Source of the DNA: Thermodesulfobacteriota bacterium
GTDB taxonomy: Bacteria; Desulfobacterota_D; UBA1144; Nemesobacterales; UBA2774
Assembly: GCA_965216785.1 (NCBI GenBank)
Contig: OZ244197.1
Coordinates: 800,001-864,000, forward strand
Direction of reading: 5' to 3'
DNA: 64,000 nucleotides
A model generated the notes under the pieces. It was not told the DNA's origin. It did no database searches and saw only the letters and a program-made list of their open reading frames with translations. The position numbers were made by a program, and so were the translations under genes. Shown one piece after another: positions 10,334 to 19,898 of this stretch; positions within the stretch are counted from its first letter, which is position 1; the number at the start of each line of letters is the position of its first letter.

Positions 10334-10666
10334 ATGACAAAAATTAGAACAGATGAAGAAAAGTTACAGCAGGCGGTCGCTTTTTTAAATGCCAAGGTAC
10401 TGGGATTGATACTGGGCATCCTGTTGGGTCTTGCAATTTTTATAGCTACCAACTGGCTTCTTATTAAAGGGCCTCACGTAACTGTAACTGGTCGTGAGAT
10501 CATAGGTCCTCACATGCAGCTGCTCAGTCAGTTTTTCATCGGCTATAAGGTCTCATTCGTAGGCAGTATCATTGGGTTTCTTTACGGATTCGCCATTGGT
10601 ACTATAAGCGGTTCCCTGATCGGCTGGTTATACAACCGGATAGTCAGTATAAGGCATAAGATGTAA
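10334..10666 (+). CDS. Small membrane protein, paralogue of the C-terminal domain of the upstream flavoprotein
   Basis: Shares AIFIAT..L..KG, GP...LL.Q.FIGY.VS..G..IG..Y.F..G...G.L...L.N with that domain. Confidence 0.75.
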   Translation: MTKIRTDEEKLQQAVAFLNAKVLGLILGILLGLAIFIATNWLLIKGPHVTVTGREIIGPHMQLLSQFFIGYKVSFVGSIIGFLYGFAIGTISGSLIGWLYNRIVSIRHKM

Positions 10667-10754
10667 GCCCGGTGCTTTATTCCAGACAATCAAATTTTTA
10701 GTTAAACTCTTCCTCAAAAGGTCACAATACTAATATCTATTAACCAATGCCCAA

Positions 10755-11651
10755 ATGAATGACAAAAATACATACATGTCACTTATAATACCCACTTATG
10801 AAAGACCTGAGCAGCTCTCAAAGTGTCTAAACGCGGTAGCCCGTATCGATTATGCGAAAGAAAAGTTTGAAGTAATAGTAGTTGACGACGGAAGCGCATC
10901 GCCGCCTGAGAAGCTAGTAAATTCTTTTTCGGACAGGCTCGATATAAAACTTATCACACAAGAAAACACAGGACCCGGAGGCGCGCGAAATACAGGGGCT
11001 AAAAACGCAAACGGCCAATTTCTGGTATTCACTGACGATGACTGCGAGCCCGACCCAACATGGCTGAAAGAGTATGAGGCTGCGTTCAGTATTTATCCTG
11101 ATAATTTTCTGGGTGGAAAAACCATCAATGCACTCGAGAATAATCCCTATTCTTCAGCAAGCGAGCTTCTTGTCGAATATCTTTACTCTTATCATAACTC
11201 CGAGCCTGAAAGCGCATCATTCTTTAATTCAAGCAATATAGCCATACCTAAAGAGGCTTTTTTTGAATCGGGTGGTTTTGATGTGGCAACAATAAAGAAT
11301 ACAGCGGAAGACAGAGAACTCTGCGACCGCTGGCTAGATCAGGGGCGAAAGCTAACATACGTAGATCAAGCGCGGGTATATCACTCACACAAGCTCTCAC
11401 TTCTATCCTTCTGGAGGCAGCATTTTAGCTACGGATGCGGAGCTTACTACTTCCGAAAGGCCAGAGCTCTGCGCGGTCAGGAAAAAGTAAAGCTCGAACC
11501 CGGGTCATTTTATAGGAACATGATCAGGTACCCTCATAAAAGAAAGGTCAAAAACCAACATTTCGTAATGTCCTTGATGATATTATCTCAGGTTGCGAAC
11601 GGCCTGGGATATTTTTGGGAAAGGGCGGTCCAATCCCTTAACTCTACATAA
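10755..11651 (+). CDS. Glycosyltransferase family 2
   Basis: IIPTY, VVDDGS, GPGGARN, FTDDD and ED motifs. Confidence 0.9.
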   Translation: MNDKNTYMSLIIPTYERPEQLSKCLNAVARIDYAKEKFEVIVVDDGSASPPEKLVNSFSDRLDIKLITQENTGPGGARNTGAKNANGQFLVFTDDDCEPDPTWLKEYEAAFSIYPDNFLGGKTINALENNPYSSASELLVEYLYSYHNSEPESASFFNSSNIAIPKEAFFESGGFDVATIKNTAEDRELCDRWLDQGRKLTYVDQARVYHSHKLSLLSFWRQHFSYGCGAYYFRKARALRGQEKVKLEPGSFYRNMIRYPHKRKVKNQHFVMSLMILSQVANGLGYFWERAVQSLNST

Positions 11652-11699
11652 GTGCTTAAATAATATAAACTGTCATAATCTACTCATAGGTGCTCGTAA

Positions 11700-13493
11700 T
11701 TGAATAACGGCAAAACAGGAAATAAGTTTATATTAAGTCTGCTCAGACCCTACAGGGGCTTGATAGCGTTGCTCGTGCTGCTATTCCTAGTAGCCTCGGT
11801 CTTCGACGGAATCTCCATCGGTATGCTGGTCCCGCTTCTCGGAAGCATACAGCAGGTTCAGAACTACGGCGAGCTACCAAAGATTCTGCAGACTCTGATA
11901 GACATCTTCTCTAAATTCCCCATCGAAAAACAGATACTATATTCACTCCTGTTTGTAGTATTCGCTGTAATATTAAAAAACATCTTTTTGGCTATATCGC
12001 ATTATCTGTCCTATTGGCTAGCTGTACGAGTTACTTCAAACATTAGATCCCAAATAATCAATACTCTTATGACTGTTTCAATAGGCTACTACAGTCATGT
12101 AAAGACAGGCGATTTGGTCGAAAAGGTATCTTACAACACAATCCTTACCGAAGAATTAATTCAAAACGCAACCAAGCTCCTGGACTATTTTGCTTCTTTT
12201 CTAGTGCTCCTGATTCTGCTTGTAATTTTTTCGTTGAAATTAACTCTAGTTACTATAGTACTCGCGGCAATTATAGCTTTTGCTCTCTCTTTGCACATTA
12301 AGAAATTATCAAAGATAGGCCAGAGGCACGTTGAAAGCTCAAGGGAATTTACGAGCACCCTGCACGAGAGCATTAGCGGTATAGAGGTTATAAAGTCATT
12401 TACTAAAGAAAATGCCCAGTCTGAAAAACTCGAGGGAAAAATAGAGAAAACCGCTAAATACCGTCTTCAATATATGTTCTCTGAATATATGGTACACATA
12501 CTGACCGAGGCGCTCGGTGTAATAGCAATTGGGGTGCTGTTTTTAATAGCTATTACAAGCTCACAAATGGACTACAAGCTTATGCTCACCCAGCTTCTTC
12601 CGTTCATATATATACTCGCCCGCATGCTTCCGCTTATAAAGCTCATAAACCATGCAAGGGGTGCAATAGCGGTCAGATGGCCTGCGTTTAAATCTGTTCA
12701 TGATCTCATGAGCCTGGAAAACAAACCGCTTATTAAAAACGGCATTATCCCATATACCGGACTAAGAAACGGAATTGAGTTTACATCTGTGACATTTTCC
12801 TATAACTCAGGAGACAAAGCGGCTCTTACAAACGCAAGCTTTAGTATTCCGAAAGGAAAAACCACTGCGCTTGTCGGTAAATCAGGCGCCGGGAAATCTA
12901 CGGTAATCAATCTCCTCCTAAGATTCTACGACACACAGGACGGAAGCATACTTATAGACGGTAAGCCAATCAGCAGCTTCATTATTGAATCATACAGAAA
13001 AAATATAGGCATTGTAAGCCAGGATACTTTTATATTCAACGATACGGTAAAAAATAATATAGCATTCGGAGCGCTCAATACTCCGGACGACACCACTATT
13101 ATTGAGGCTGCCATGAGAGCAGGGGCAGACGAATTTATAAAGGAGCTTCCAAACGGATACAACAGCTTGTTGGGCGAAAGAGGCGTAAGGCTTTCAGGTG
13201 GTCAGAGGCAAAGGATATCAATTGCCAGGGCCATACTAAAGAATCCCGAAATACTTATACTTGATGAAGCAACAAGCTCTCTGGATACGGAAACCGAGCA
13301 GCTGATCCATAAAGCCATCACTGAGCTCAGCCTGAACAGGACTGTGGTTATTATCGCCCACAGACTCTCGACAATAAAAAACGCGGATCAAATTATAGTA
13401 TTAAAGGACGGAAGAGTGTCGGAGATTGGAACCGAGCCCGAGCTTATATCAAGGAAAGGCGAGTACTACAACCTATCGTCCATAATCAAATGA
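11700..13493 (+). CDS. ABC exporter, fused TMD-NBD (MsbA/PglK/HepA-like; candidate lipid-linked glycan flippase)
   Basis: Multi-TM N-half; GKSGAGKST, LSGGQRQR, ILDEATSSLD and AHRL motifs. Confidence 0.9.
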   Translation: MNNGKTGNKFILSLLRPYRGLIALLVLLFLVASVFDGISIGMLVPLLGSIQQVQNYGELPKILQTLIDIFSKFPIEKQILYSLLFVVFAVILKNIFLAISHYLSYWLAVRVTSNIRSQIINTLMTVSIGYYSHVKTGDLVEKVSYNTILTEELIQNATKLLDYFASFLVLLILLVIFSLKLTLVTIVLAAIIAFALSLHIKKLSKIGQRHVESSREFTSTLHESISGIEVIKSFTKENAQSEKLEGKIEKTAKYRLQYMFSEYMVHILTEALGVIAIGVLFLIAITSSQMDYKLMLTQLLPFIYILARMLPLIKLINHARGAIAVRWPAFKSVHDLMSLENKPLIKNGIIPYTGLRNGIEFTSVTFSYNSGDKAALTNASFSIPKGKTTALVGKSGAGKSTVINLLLRFYDTQDGSILIDGKPISSFIIESYRKNIGIVSQDTFIFNDTVKNNIAFGALNTPDDTTIIEAAMRAGADEFIKELPNGYNSLLGERGVRLSGGQRQRISIARAILKNPEILILDEATSSLDTETEQLIHKAITELSLNRTVVIIAHRLSTIKNADQIIVLKDGRVSEIGTEPELISRKGEYYNLSSIIK

Positions 13494-13571
13494 ATCTTGT
13501 AGCAAATAGGGAAAACTTCATCCGGCAACTGCATAGTGGATAAAATCTGAGTAAGCTGACAAACTCCCGTT

Positions 13572-14591
13572 ATGAATAAAAATCCTTACATATCAGTTGT
13601 GGTCCCGGTTAGAAACGGTGGTCAAGATATTTATGACTGTCTTCAGGCTATTCAGGCATCACATTATGAGCCATTTGAAACCATAGTTGTAGACGACGCT
13701 TCTACGGACAATACAGTAGAGATCGCCCAAAAAACCGGTGTTAAAATTGTAACTTTGGACAAACAGTCCGGACCCGCTGCGGCGCGCAACAGAGGTGCTG
13801 AGTCAGCCCAAGGCGATATTGTGCTGTTTATTGACGCCGATGTTGTTATCAGAAGCGATACTGTCGAGCTTATAGCAAAAGCTTTTAGGAACAACCCGGA
13901 AATTGCCGCCGTCTTCGGGTCATACGACGATAAACCCCAAGCGCCTGATTTCATTTCACAGTACCGAAACCTCCTTCACCACTATGTGCATCAGATAGCT
14001 AAAAGAGACGCAAAGACGTTCTGGACAGGGTGCGGAGCTATACGAAAAGCGGTATTCGATGATTTAGGAGGTTTTGATGAAATACGCCACCCGATCCCGT
14101 CTATGGAGGACATTGAAATAGGACTCAGGATGTCCGAGCGGGGACATAATATAATTCTTGACAAAAATATACAGGTTAAGCACCTAAAGCACTGGGGGCT
14201 TTACTCGCTAATTCAAACAGATATTTTTCAGCGGGCGGTCCCCTGGTCCCGGCTCATATTGGAAAGAAAGTTGCTCCCCAGAGACCTGAACCTCAGGTTC
14301 AGAGATAGATTTTCCACCGCTCTTGTGGGGATAATAATAATCGCGGTCTTTATCTACTTAATGGGATTAGTTACTCAGACAGACATCATCGCGAACGGAT
14401 ATTTACTTTTAACGGTACTCATATCGCTTAGCGTGATATTAATTCTCAATAGAGGCCTTTATCTGTTCTTCTTAAGAAAAAGAGGCGCAGGATTCGCGCT
14501 CCTATCAATAGCTATGCACTTACTTTTTTACATTTACTCGGGGATTACTTTCGGGGTCTTATGGATCGGGAGTAAATTACAGCTTAAGTAA
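13572..14591 (+). CDS. Glycosyltransferase family 2 with C-terminal TM helices
   Basis: VVPVRN, VVDDASTD, GPAAARN, FIDAD and MED motifs; hydrophobic C-terminus. Confidence 0.9.
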   Translation: MNKNPYISVVVPVRNGGQDIYDCLQAIQASHYEPFETIVVDDASTDNTVEIAQKTGVKIVTLDKQSGPAAARNRGAESAQGDIVLFIDADVVIRSDTVELIAKAFRNNPEIAAVFGSYDDKPQAPDFISQYRNLLHHYVHQIAKRDAKTFWTGCGAIRKAVFDDLGGFDEIRHPIPSMEDIEIGLRMSERGHNIILDKNIQVKHLKHWGLYSLIQTDIFQRAVPWSRLILERKLLPRDLNLRFRDRFSTALVGIIIIAVFIYLMGLVTQTDIIANGYLLLTVLISLSVILILNRGLYLFFLRKRGAGFALLSIAMHLLFYIYSGITFGVLWIGSKLQLK

Positions 14592-14630
14592 CCGGACTGC
14601 AGAGTAGAGTAGTAGAAGAAAACTCGAAAA

Positions 14631-15221
14631 CTAAGATGAAGTGTACTCGCCGCTAAGACTTTTAACTTTCTCGGCTACTTCAGGGCTATCCAGTATCTCT
14701 CCCTTACCCATTTCATAAAGATAGTTGGCATTATCCCTTGGCGCCTCGCTCTTTACGTTTTGGTCAAAGAAAACCTCTTTAGTATGAACAAGACCGGCTC
14801 TGTTGTAGGATGCAAGCTCGTACTTCATTCCCATCCTGAGCGCGTCGCATGGGCAAGCCTCGACGCAGAACCCACAAAAGACACACCTCATAAAATCGAT
14901 ATTATAGACTTTGGGTCTTCTCTCTATCCCGTAATCATCGGCAGCCTCGGCTACAATTGAAATTGCCTGTGTGGGGCATGCTACCTCGCAGAGCTTACAC
15001 GCGACACATCTTATCTCCCCGTCGTCGTCCCCCGGCATCACATGGAGGCCTCTATACCTAGGCGGAAGCTCTTTTACTTCCTCGGGGTACTGGACGGTTA
15101 CAGATCTGAACCTGAGAAGGTGTTTTATGGTTATAATAAGCCCCCCGAGAACCTGAGGCAGGTACGTTTTCTCATACCAAGTAAGCTTGGGAGGTCTCAT
15201 TAACTTTATTTTGATAGCCAT
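14631..15221 (-). CDS. nuoI: NADH-quinone oxidoreductase subunit I (stand-alone copy)
   Basis: TVQYPE, RYRGLH, and two 4Fe-4S motifs (CVACKLCEVACP, CVFCGFCVEACP). Confidence 0.92.
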   Translation of the reverse strand: MAIKIKLMRPPKLTWYEKTYLPQVLGGLIITIKHLLRFRSVTVQYPEEVKELPPRYRGLHVMPGDDDGEIRCVACKLCEVACPTQAISIVAEAADDYGIERRPKVYNIDFMRCVFCGFCVEACPCDALRMGMKYELASYNRAGLVHTKEVFFDQNVKSEAPRDNANYLYEMGKGEILDSPEVAEKVKSLSGEYTSS

Positions 15222-15308
15222 ATTCTAATCCTTTGATTAACGGACATAAGTTATAACATAAACCGGGAAATTTGGAAGCACCGGGCGCTTTTGATTAAGC
15301 ATACCAGG

Positions 15309-17087
15309 TTATTGAGAAATAAGCTCACTCCTGAGCCTACGGTATACCAAGACACCTGAGATAACGGATACTGCCAGTAATAAGACACCCAATAGAACGG
15401 AGCCCAAGAGAAGCTTCCCTACTCCGATCATTCCGAACAAAATAAAGCACACCCCGAGGACCCAGTTAATCACCACAGGCGTAAATGAAGGAGTCTTTAT
15501 CTCAGGATACAGTTTAACTACAGGTCTCCAGAAACCCCAGGGTCTCACCCGTTTGTAGAAATTACTCAGAGTCTCCTCCGGCTCAGGCGCTGTTAAAAAC
15601 GTTACTACAACCCAGGTTACAATAGAAACAGGGATAACGATTATCTGGTGCTTAAGCTCAAGAGAAACGCCCTGTAATCTGGTATAGATAACTAATACCA
15701 ATATTGTTATTAATGATGCGGCAAGCGCGGATATTTCTGACCACGCGTTAATTCTCCACCAAAACCACCTTAATATGAGCACCAGGCCCACACCGGCGCT
15801 CATTGCCCAGAGAAATATCCAAGCCTTGCCGATATTGTTAATATAAAGCGCGAAATAACCGGCCAACACCGTCAAGAGCAGAGTAAAAAGCCTCGCCATA
15901 AGCACATAGTGCCTCTCTGCCGCGTCTTTTTTAATAAAACGTCTGTATATATCGTTCATAAGATACGAGGCGCCCCAATTGAGCTGTGTGGACAGAGTAG
16001 ACATAAACGCCGCGAGGAAACTAACGAACAAGAGCCCCAGCAGCCCCGGGCCAAGATATTCCTTTATCACTGCTACGTAGATTGCTTCCTGGTCTCCATC
16101 CGTTATCACTGCTCTGGGGTAGATAATCAAAGACGCAAGCGCAACCAGAACCCACGGCCAGAGACGTAGTATATAGTGGTTAATCGCAAACCACGCCGTG
16201 CCGAGCACTGCGTGACGCTCGTTCTTGGCAGAGCAGATCCTTTGAATGAAATAACCGCCCCCGTCAGCGTTATGGGACGACCACCAAATAATGCTCACAT
16301 ATACTAAAAACGCGAAGAAGCTAGAGGACCAAAATCCCTCTGATACGGGATCACCTCCTGAGGGCGACATAAAAAAGGAAATATGCTCTTGGTCAATAGT
16401 CCCGAGCTTTTCAATAAACCCGCTCATACCACCTATCTCTGGAGAGCCGATTACTATCCACGCAAGCGCCGCTGTGCCGAATAGCGCGATGAAGTATTGA
16501 AGGAAGTCTGTAAGCGCCACACCCCACATCCCAGACATCATCGTATAGAAAAACGCTATCGAAATACATATCACAACTGCAATCGTGGTATCCACGCCGA
16601 AAAACACCTTGAACACCTTGGCCATCGCGCTGATGACCCAGCCCATTACTATAAAGTTAAACAGGGTGGAAAAATAAAAAGCCTTAAACCCCCGCAGAAA
16701 TGCGGCGGGCTTGCCGCTGTAGCGTATCTCTATCAGCTCATTGTCCGTAATTACCTCAGCTCTTCTCCAGAGCCTTGCGAATACGAGCACTATGAATACA
16801 TGGCTGAACAGGTAGTTCCACCAGAACCAGTTCTTCCATATACCGTCCGCTCTAATCCAGCCCGTAACCGCAAGCGGTGTGTCTGCGGCAAATGTAGTCG
16901 CAACCATAGATGTGCCCAGAATCCACCACGGGAGGTTTCTGCCGGACACGAAATATGAGGACATGCTTCCGCTCGCCCGGCGTGTAAAATAGATACCGAT
17001 AGCAAGTGACACTAAGAGATACGAAGCTACTATTACCCAGTCAAGCGGACTGAGAACGGACAGCGAGGAATTAATGGAGGCCAGCAT
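15309..17087 (-). CDS. Sodium:solute symporter (SSS family)
   Basis: YFVSGRNLPWW, SMVATTFAADTP, QRI.SAK.E, AAFMST and RWFWWR motifs; many TM segments. Confidence 0.9.
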   Translation of the reverse strand: MLASINSSLSVLSPLDWVIVASYLLVSLAIGIYFTRRASGSMSSYFVSGRNLPWWILGTSMVATTFAADTPLAVTGWIRADGIWKNWFWWNYLFSHVFIVLVFARLWRRAEVITDNELIEIRYSGKPAAFLRGFKAFYFSTLFNFIVMGWVISAMAKVFKVFFGVDTTIAVVICISIAFFYTMMSGMWGVALTDFLQYFIALFGTAALAWIVIGSPEIGGMSGFIEKLGTIDQEHISFFMSPSGGDPVSEGFWSSSFFAFLVYVSIIWWSSHNADGGGYFIQRICSAKNERHAVLGTAWFAINHYILRLWPWVLVALASLIIYPRAVITDGDQEAIYVAVIKEYLGPGLLGLLFVSFLAAFMSTLSTQLNWGASYLMNDIYRRFIKKDAAERHYVLMARLFTLLLTVLAGYFALYINNIGKAWIFLWAMSAGVGLVLILRWFWWRINAWSEISALAASLITILVLVIYTRLQGVSLELKHQIIVIPVSIVTWVVVTFLTAPEPEETLSNFYKRVRPWGFWRPVVKLYPEIKTPSFTPVVINWVLGVCFILFGMIGVGKLLLGSVLLGVLLLAVSVISGVLVYRRLRSELISQ

Positions 17088-17152
17088 TAAAGAGGTAATT
17101 TACCTGAGGGCACATTAAGAAAACAGTTTCACCATAAGTCATGGACAGAGGC

Positions 17153-18670
17153 TTAAATCTCTACAGGCAAATTACCTTCCGACTCTATTTTCCCCAAAAG
17201 CATGTCGGCAGCGGCAGACTGACAAACGCTTAATATGTCGAACACCGAGAGAACAGTGTCAAAGTTCATGAATTCCGATACAACATAGGGCGAGCCGAAT
17301 GAAATCAGCACTTTCTCTTTAGGTGTGTTCTCGAGCCCCTTCAGAATACTCCTGTAGCTCTCGGGAAGCTGCAGCTCCTTCTTCCACGCGCCGACAGTTG
17401 TATAGATTAAGCAAATCACGGCGCCGTAGCCTTCCGATAAACCGAGTAAAGACTTAGTATCCTCACTCGATACCTCGCGCTTCTCACAGTTTACTCCCGA
17501 TTCGTTCAGCCTATTCAGAAATACGGTCGATATATCCTGCCCCGAGTCCGTTACATCAAATACATATACAACAGCGTTATCGGATTTAAGCGTCCCGCCT
17601 TTAAGCTGGCACATTGAACGGTTTGCTATAGTTCTCACAAGACTTCCTGCATCCCGTTTAATATCCGTAGATTCAGATGGCCGGCCTGTAAGCCATTTGT
17701 CTTTCACTCCTAAAATCCTACTTACAGATTCGCTCAGCACATCACTACTCAGCTCCCCTGATTCCGCTATTTGAGTAAGTCTTTTAATCAGAGTCTTAGG
17801 GTCTTTCGGATCGAGAATAATGTCACAGCCCGACATAATGGCCAGCCTTGACATATCCGCCTCGTCCCCTGATTTCCCAATCCCGTCCATTCTGAATGAA
17901 TCGGACACTATGAGACCGTTGAAGCCCAGTTTATCCCTCAGAATTCCTTTTATCACTGCATCCGATATAGTGGCGGGAATATTGTCATTGCTGATATTTG
18001 GGTAGGCGATATGCGCCGGCATGATAAATGTAACTCCACAGTCAACGGCGTTTTGAAACGGAATCAGATCGCACTCGAATAAATCCTTTTCACTCTGCTC
18101 AGAGACGGGCATATCCACGTGCGAATCCACCCCACTACTCCCGTGCCCCGGGAAATGCTTGGCGCAGGCCATAATTCCATTTTCCTGCAGCCCATTTATA
18201 AAAGCTTCTGTAAGGCGAGAGACAAGTGCAGGACTGTCTCCGTATGAGCGGATATTTATAATAGGGTTTGCGGGATTCGTATTAACGTCCGCAACTGGCC
18301 CGAAAACAATGTTAAGCCCGCATTCTTTCATCTCTTTAGCAATAACTGACGCCTGCTCGTAGACAAGGCCTTCATCCCCAACAGCGCCCAAAGACATCGT
18401 GAAGGGAAAGAGCGTCATACCGCTTACAATCTGTCCCACGCCGCGCTCCGCGTCACACCCGAAAAAGAGCGGTATCTGAGAAGCCGCTTGCAGCTCCTCT
18501 GTCGCTCTTCTCACGACATCCACAACACCACCGAAAATTATAAAACCCCCTACATGAGCATCATCCACCAGCTTTTTTGCAAGTGAAATTGATCCGGGAT
18601 CGCTAAAATCGATCCTCGGCATTATCAGCTGTCCAATTTTTTTATCTATTCCGAGCTTATTTATGTCCAA
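17153..18670 (-). CDS. nagZ: GH3 beta-N-acetylglucosaminidase (two-domain NagZ), no signal peptide
   Basis: KHFPGHG-x4-DSH catalytic loop, NIRSYG, nucleophile Asp in VSDS. Confidence 0.85.
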   Translation of the reverse strand: MDINKLGIDKKIGQLIMPRIDFSDPGSISLAKKLVDDAHVGGFIIFGGVVDVVRRATEELQAASQIPLFFGCDAERGVGQIVSGMTLFPFTMSLGAVGDEGLVYEQASVIAKEMKECGLNIVFGPVADVNTNPANPIINIRSYGDSPALVSRLTEAFINGLQENGIMACAKHFPGHGSSGVDSHVDMPVSEQSEKDLFECDLIPFQNAVDCGVTFIMPAHIAYPNISNDNIPATISDAVIKGILRDKLGFNGLIVSDSFRMDGIGKSGDEADMSRLAIMSGCDIILDPKDPKTLIKRLTQIAESGELSSDVLSESVSRILGVKDKWLTGRPSESTDIKRDAGSLVRTIANRSMCQLKGGTLKSDNAVVYVFDVTDSGQDISTVFLNRLNESGVNCEKREVSSEDTKSLLGLSEGYGAVICLIYTTVGAWKKELQLPESYRSILKGLENTPKEKVLISFGSPYVVSEFMNFDTVLSVFDILSVCQSAAADMLLGKIESEGNLPVEI

Positions 18671-18692
18671 GAATTATAGTCCGAAAGAATAT

Positions 18693-19871
18693 TTATCTGC
18701 CCAATACGATTTTACCCATGGGAACCCAGCTGCTGGCGCCTGTTACCCGGGGCATATTGGTCTTATTCCCTGAGACGAGCTCGTTTGCTAAAACCGCGAA
18801 GGCAACCGCCTCTTTAGCCTCAGAGGGAATACCGTAATTATCCGTTGTCGTGCACTCATACCCATTAAGTCTATCCCTGAGCTTATGCATTAAGACAGGA
18901 TTTTTACACCCGCCGCCGCTGAACACGATTTCACTCACTTGCCACTTAGGAAATATAAATTTTTCATATGACTGAGCGATCGTTTCCACAGTCAGGGTTA
19001 ATAGAGTCTGCAGCAGGTCGGGTAATGTAACCGACCCTTTTTCAACCATGGAATAAAGCTCCGCTGCTTTTTCACTGCCGAAAAGCTCCTCACCCGTGGT
19101 CTTTGGAGGAGGCAGAGTGTAATAAGGCTCCGTCATAAGCTCGGTAAGTAGTTCACTCTTAACTACGCCTTTAGAAGCCAGTTTCCCGCTCTCGTCATAG
19201 CCCTCTCGTCCTTTTGTTGCAAGACTAATCACTTTATCCATAAGCATATTACCAGGGCCCGTATCGAACGCTATTACGTCCTCGATATTCTCTGTTACAA
19301 CTGTGGCATTCCCGATACCGCCTATGTTCTGCGCAATCTTAACCCGGTCCTTCTCACTGAGTAACAAATAGTCAAAATAAGGCACGAGGGGCGCTCCCTC
19401 TCCTCCGCAGGCAATGTCACGCGTCCTGAAATCCCCAACCGTCGTAACTCCCGTACGCTCGGCAATCACGCTCGTCTCCCCAATCTGGAGCGTTGATGGG
19501 ACACCGTCTTTGCGCAGTGGCGGGTTGTGAAATACTGTCTGGCCGTGCGAGCCTATGAGATCGACTTCACCTATATCACATCCGGCCTCGCTTGCTACAG
19601 CCTGTGCGGCATCTGCAAATTCCTCACCTATGAGAAAATTCAGATCCGAAATTTTCTGAACAGTGCAAGAGGGTAGTAGATCATCTAGCCTATCTCTTAC
19701 TTCTGTACTATAAGGAACGCATGTGAATTTTACTAACTCTACTTTTGTATCTACACCCGAGCCTTTTAGCTTAACCAGCGCCGCGTCAATGCCGTCCTTA
19801 GAGGTTCCGGATATTAAGCCGATTGCTAGTCGGTCATTTTTATCTAATAATGAGAGGAGGTTAGTAGTCAT
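18693..19871 (-). CDS. anmK: Anhydro-N-acetylmuramic acid kinase
   Basis: GLISGTSKDGID, GSHGQT, DFR..D...GGEGAPL, NIGGIGN, FDTGPGN and KEA motifs. The start could be 19871 or 19889. Confidence 0.95.
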   Translation of the reverse strand: MTTNLLSLLDKNDRLAIGLISGTSKDGIDAALVKLKGSGVDTKVELVKFTCVPYSTEVRDRLDDLLPSCTVQKISDLNFLIGEEFADAAQAVASEAGCDIGEVDLIGSHGQTVFHNPPLRKDGVPSTLQIGETSVIAERTGVTTVGDFRTRDIACGGEGAPLVPYFDYLLLSEKDRVKIAQNIGGIGNATVVTENIEDVIAFDTGPGNMLMDKVISLATKGREGYDESGKLASKGVVKSELLTELMTEPYYTLPPPKTTGEELFGSEKAAELYSMVEKGSVTLPDLLQTLLTLTVETIAQSYEKFIFPKWQVSEIVFSGGGCKNPVLMHKLRDRLNGYECTTTDNYGIPSEAKEAVAFAVLANELVSGNKTNMPRVTGASSWVPMGKIVLGR

Positions 19872-19898
19872 AATAATGGCTGAATACAATGTTCATAT

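Noticed and set aside
10334-10666. Phage holin or prophage remnant
   Set aside because: No endolysin or other phage genes; it is a paralogue of the neighbouring enzyme's tail within a glycosylation operon.
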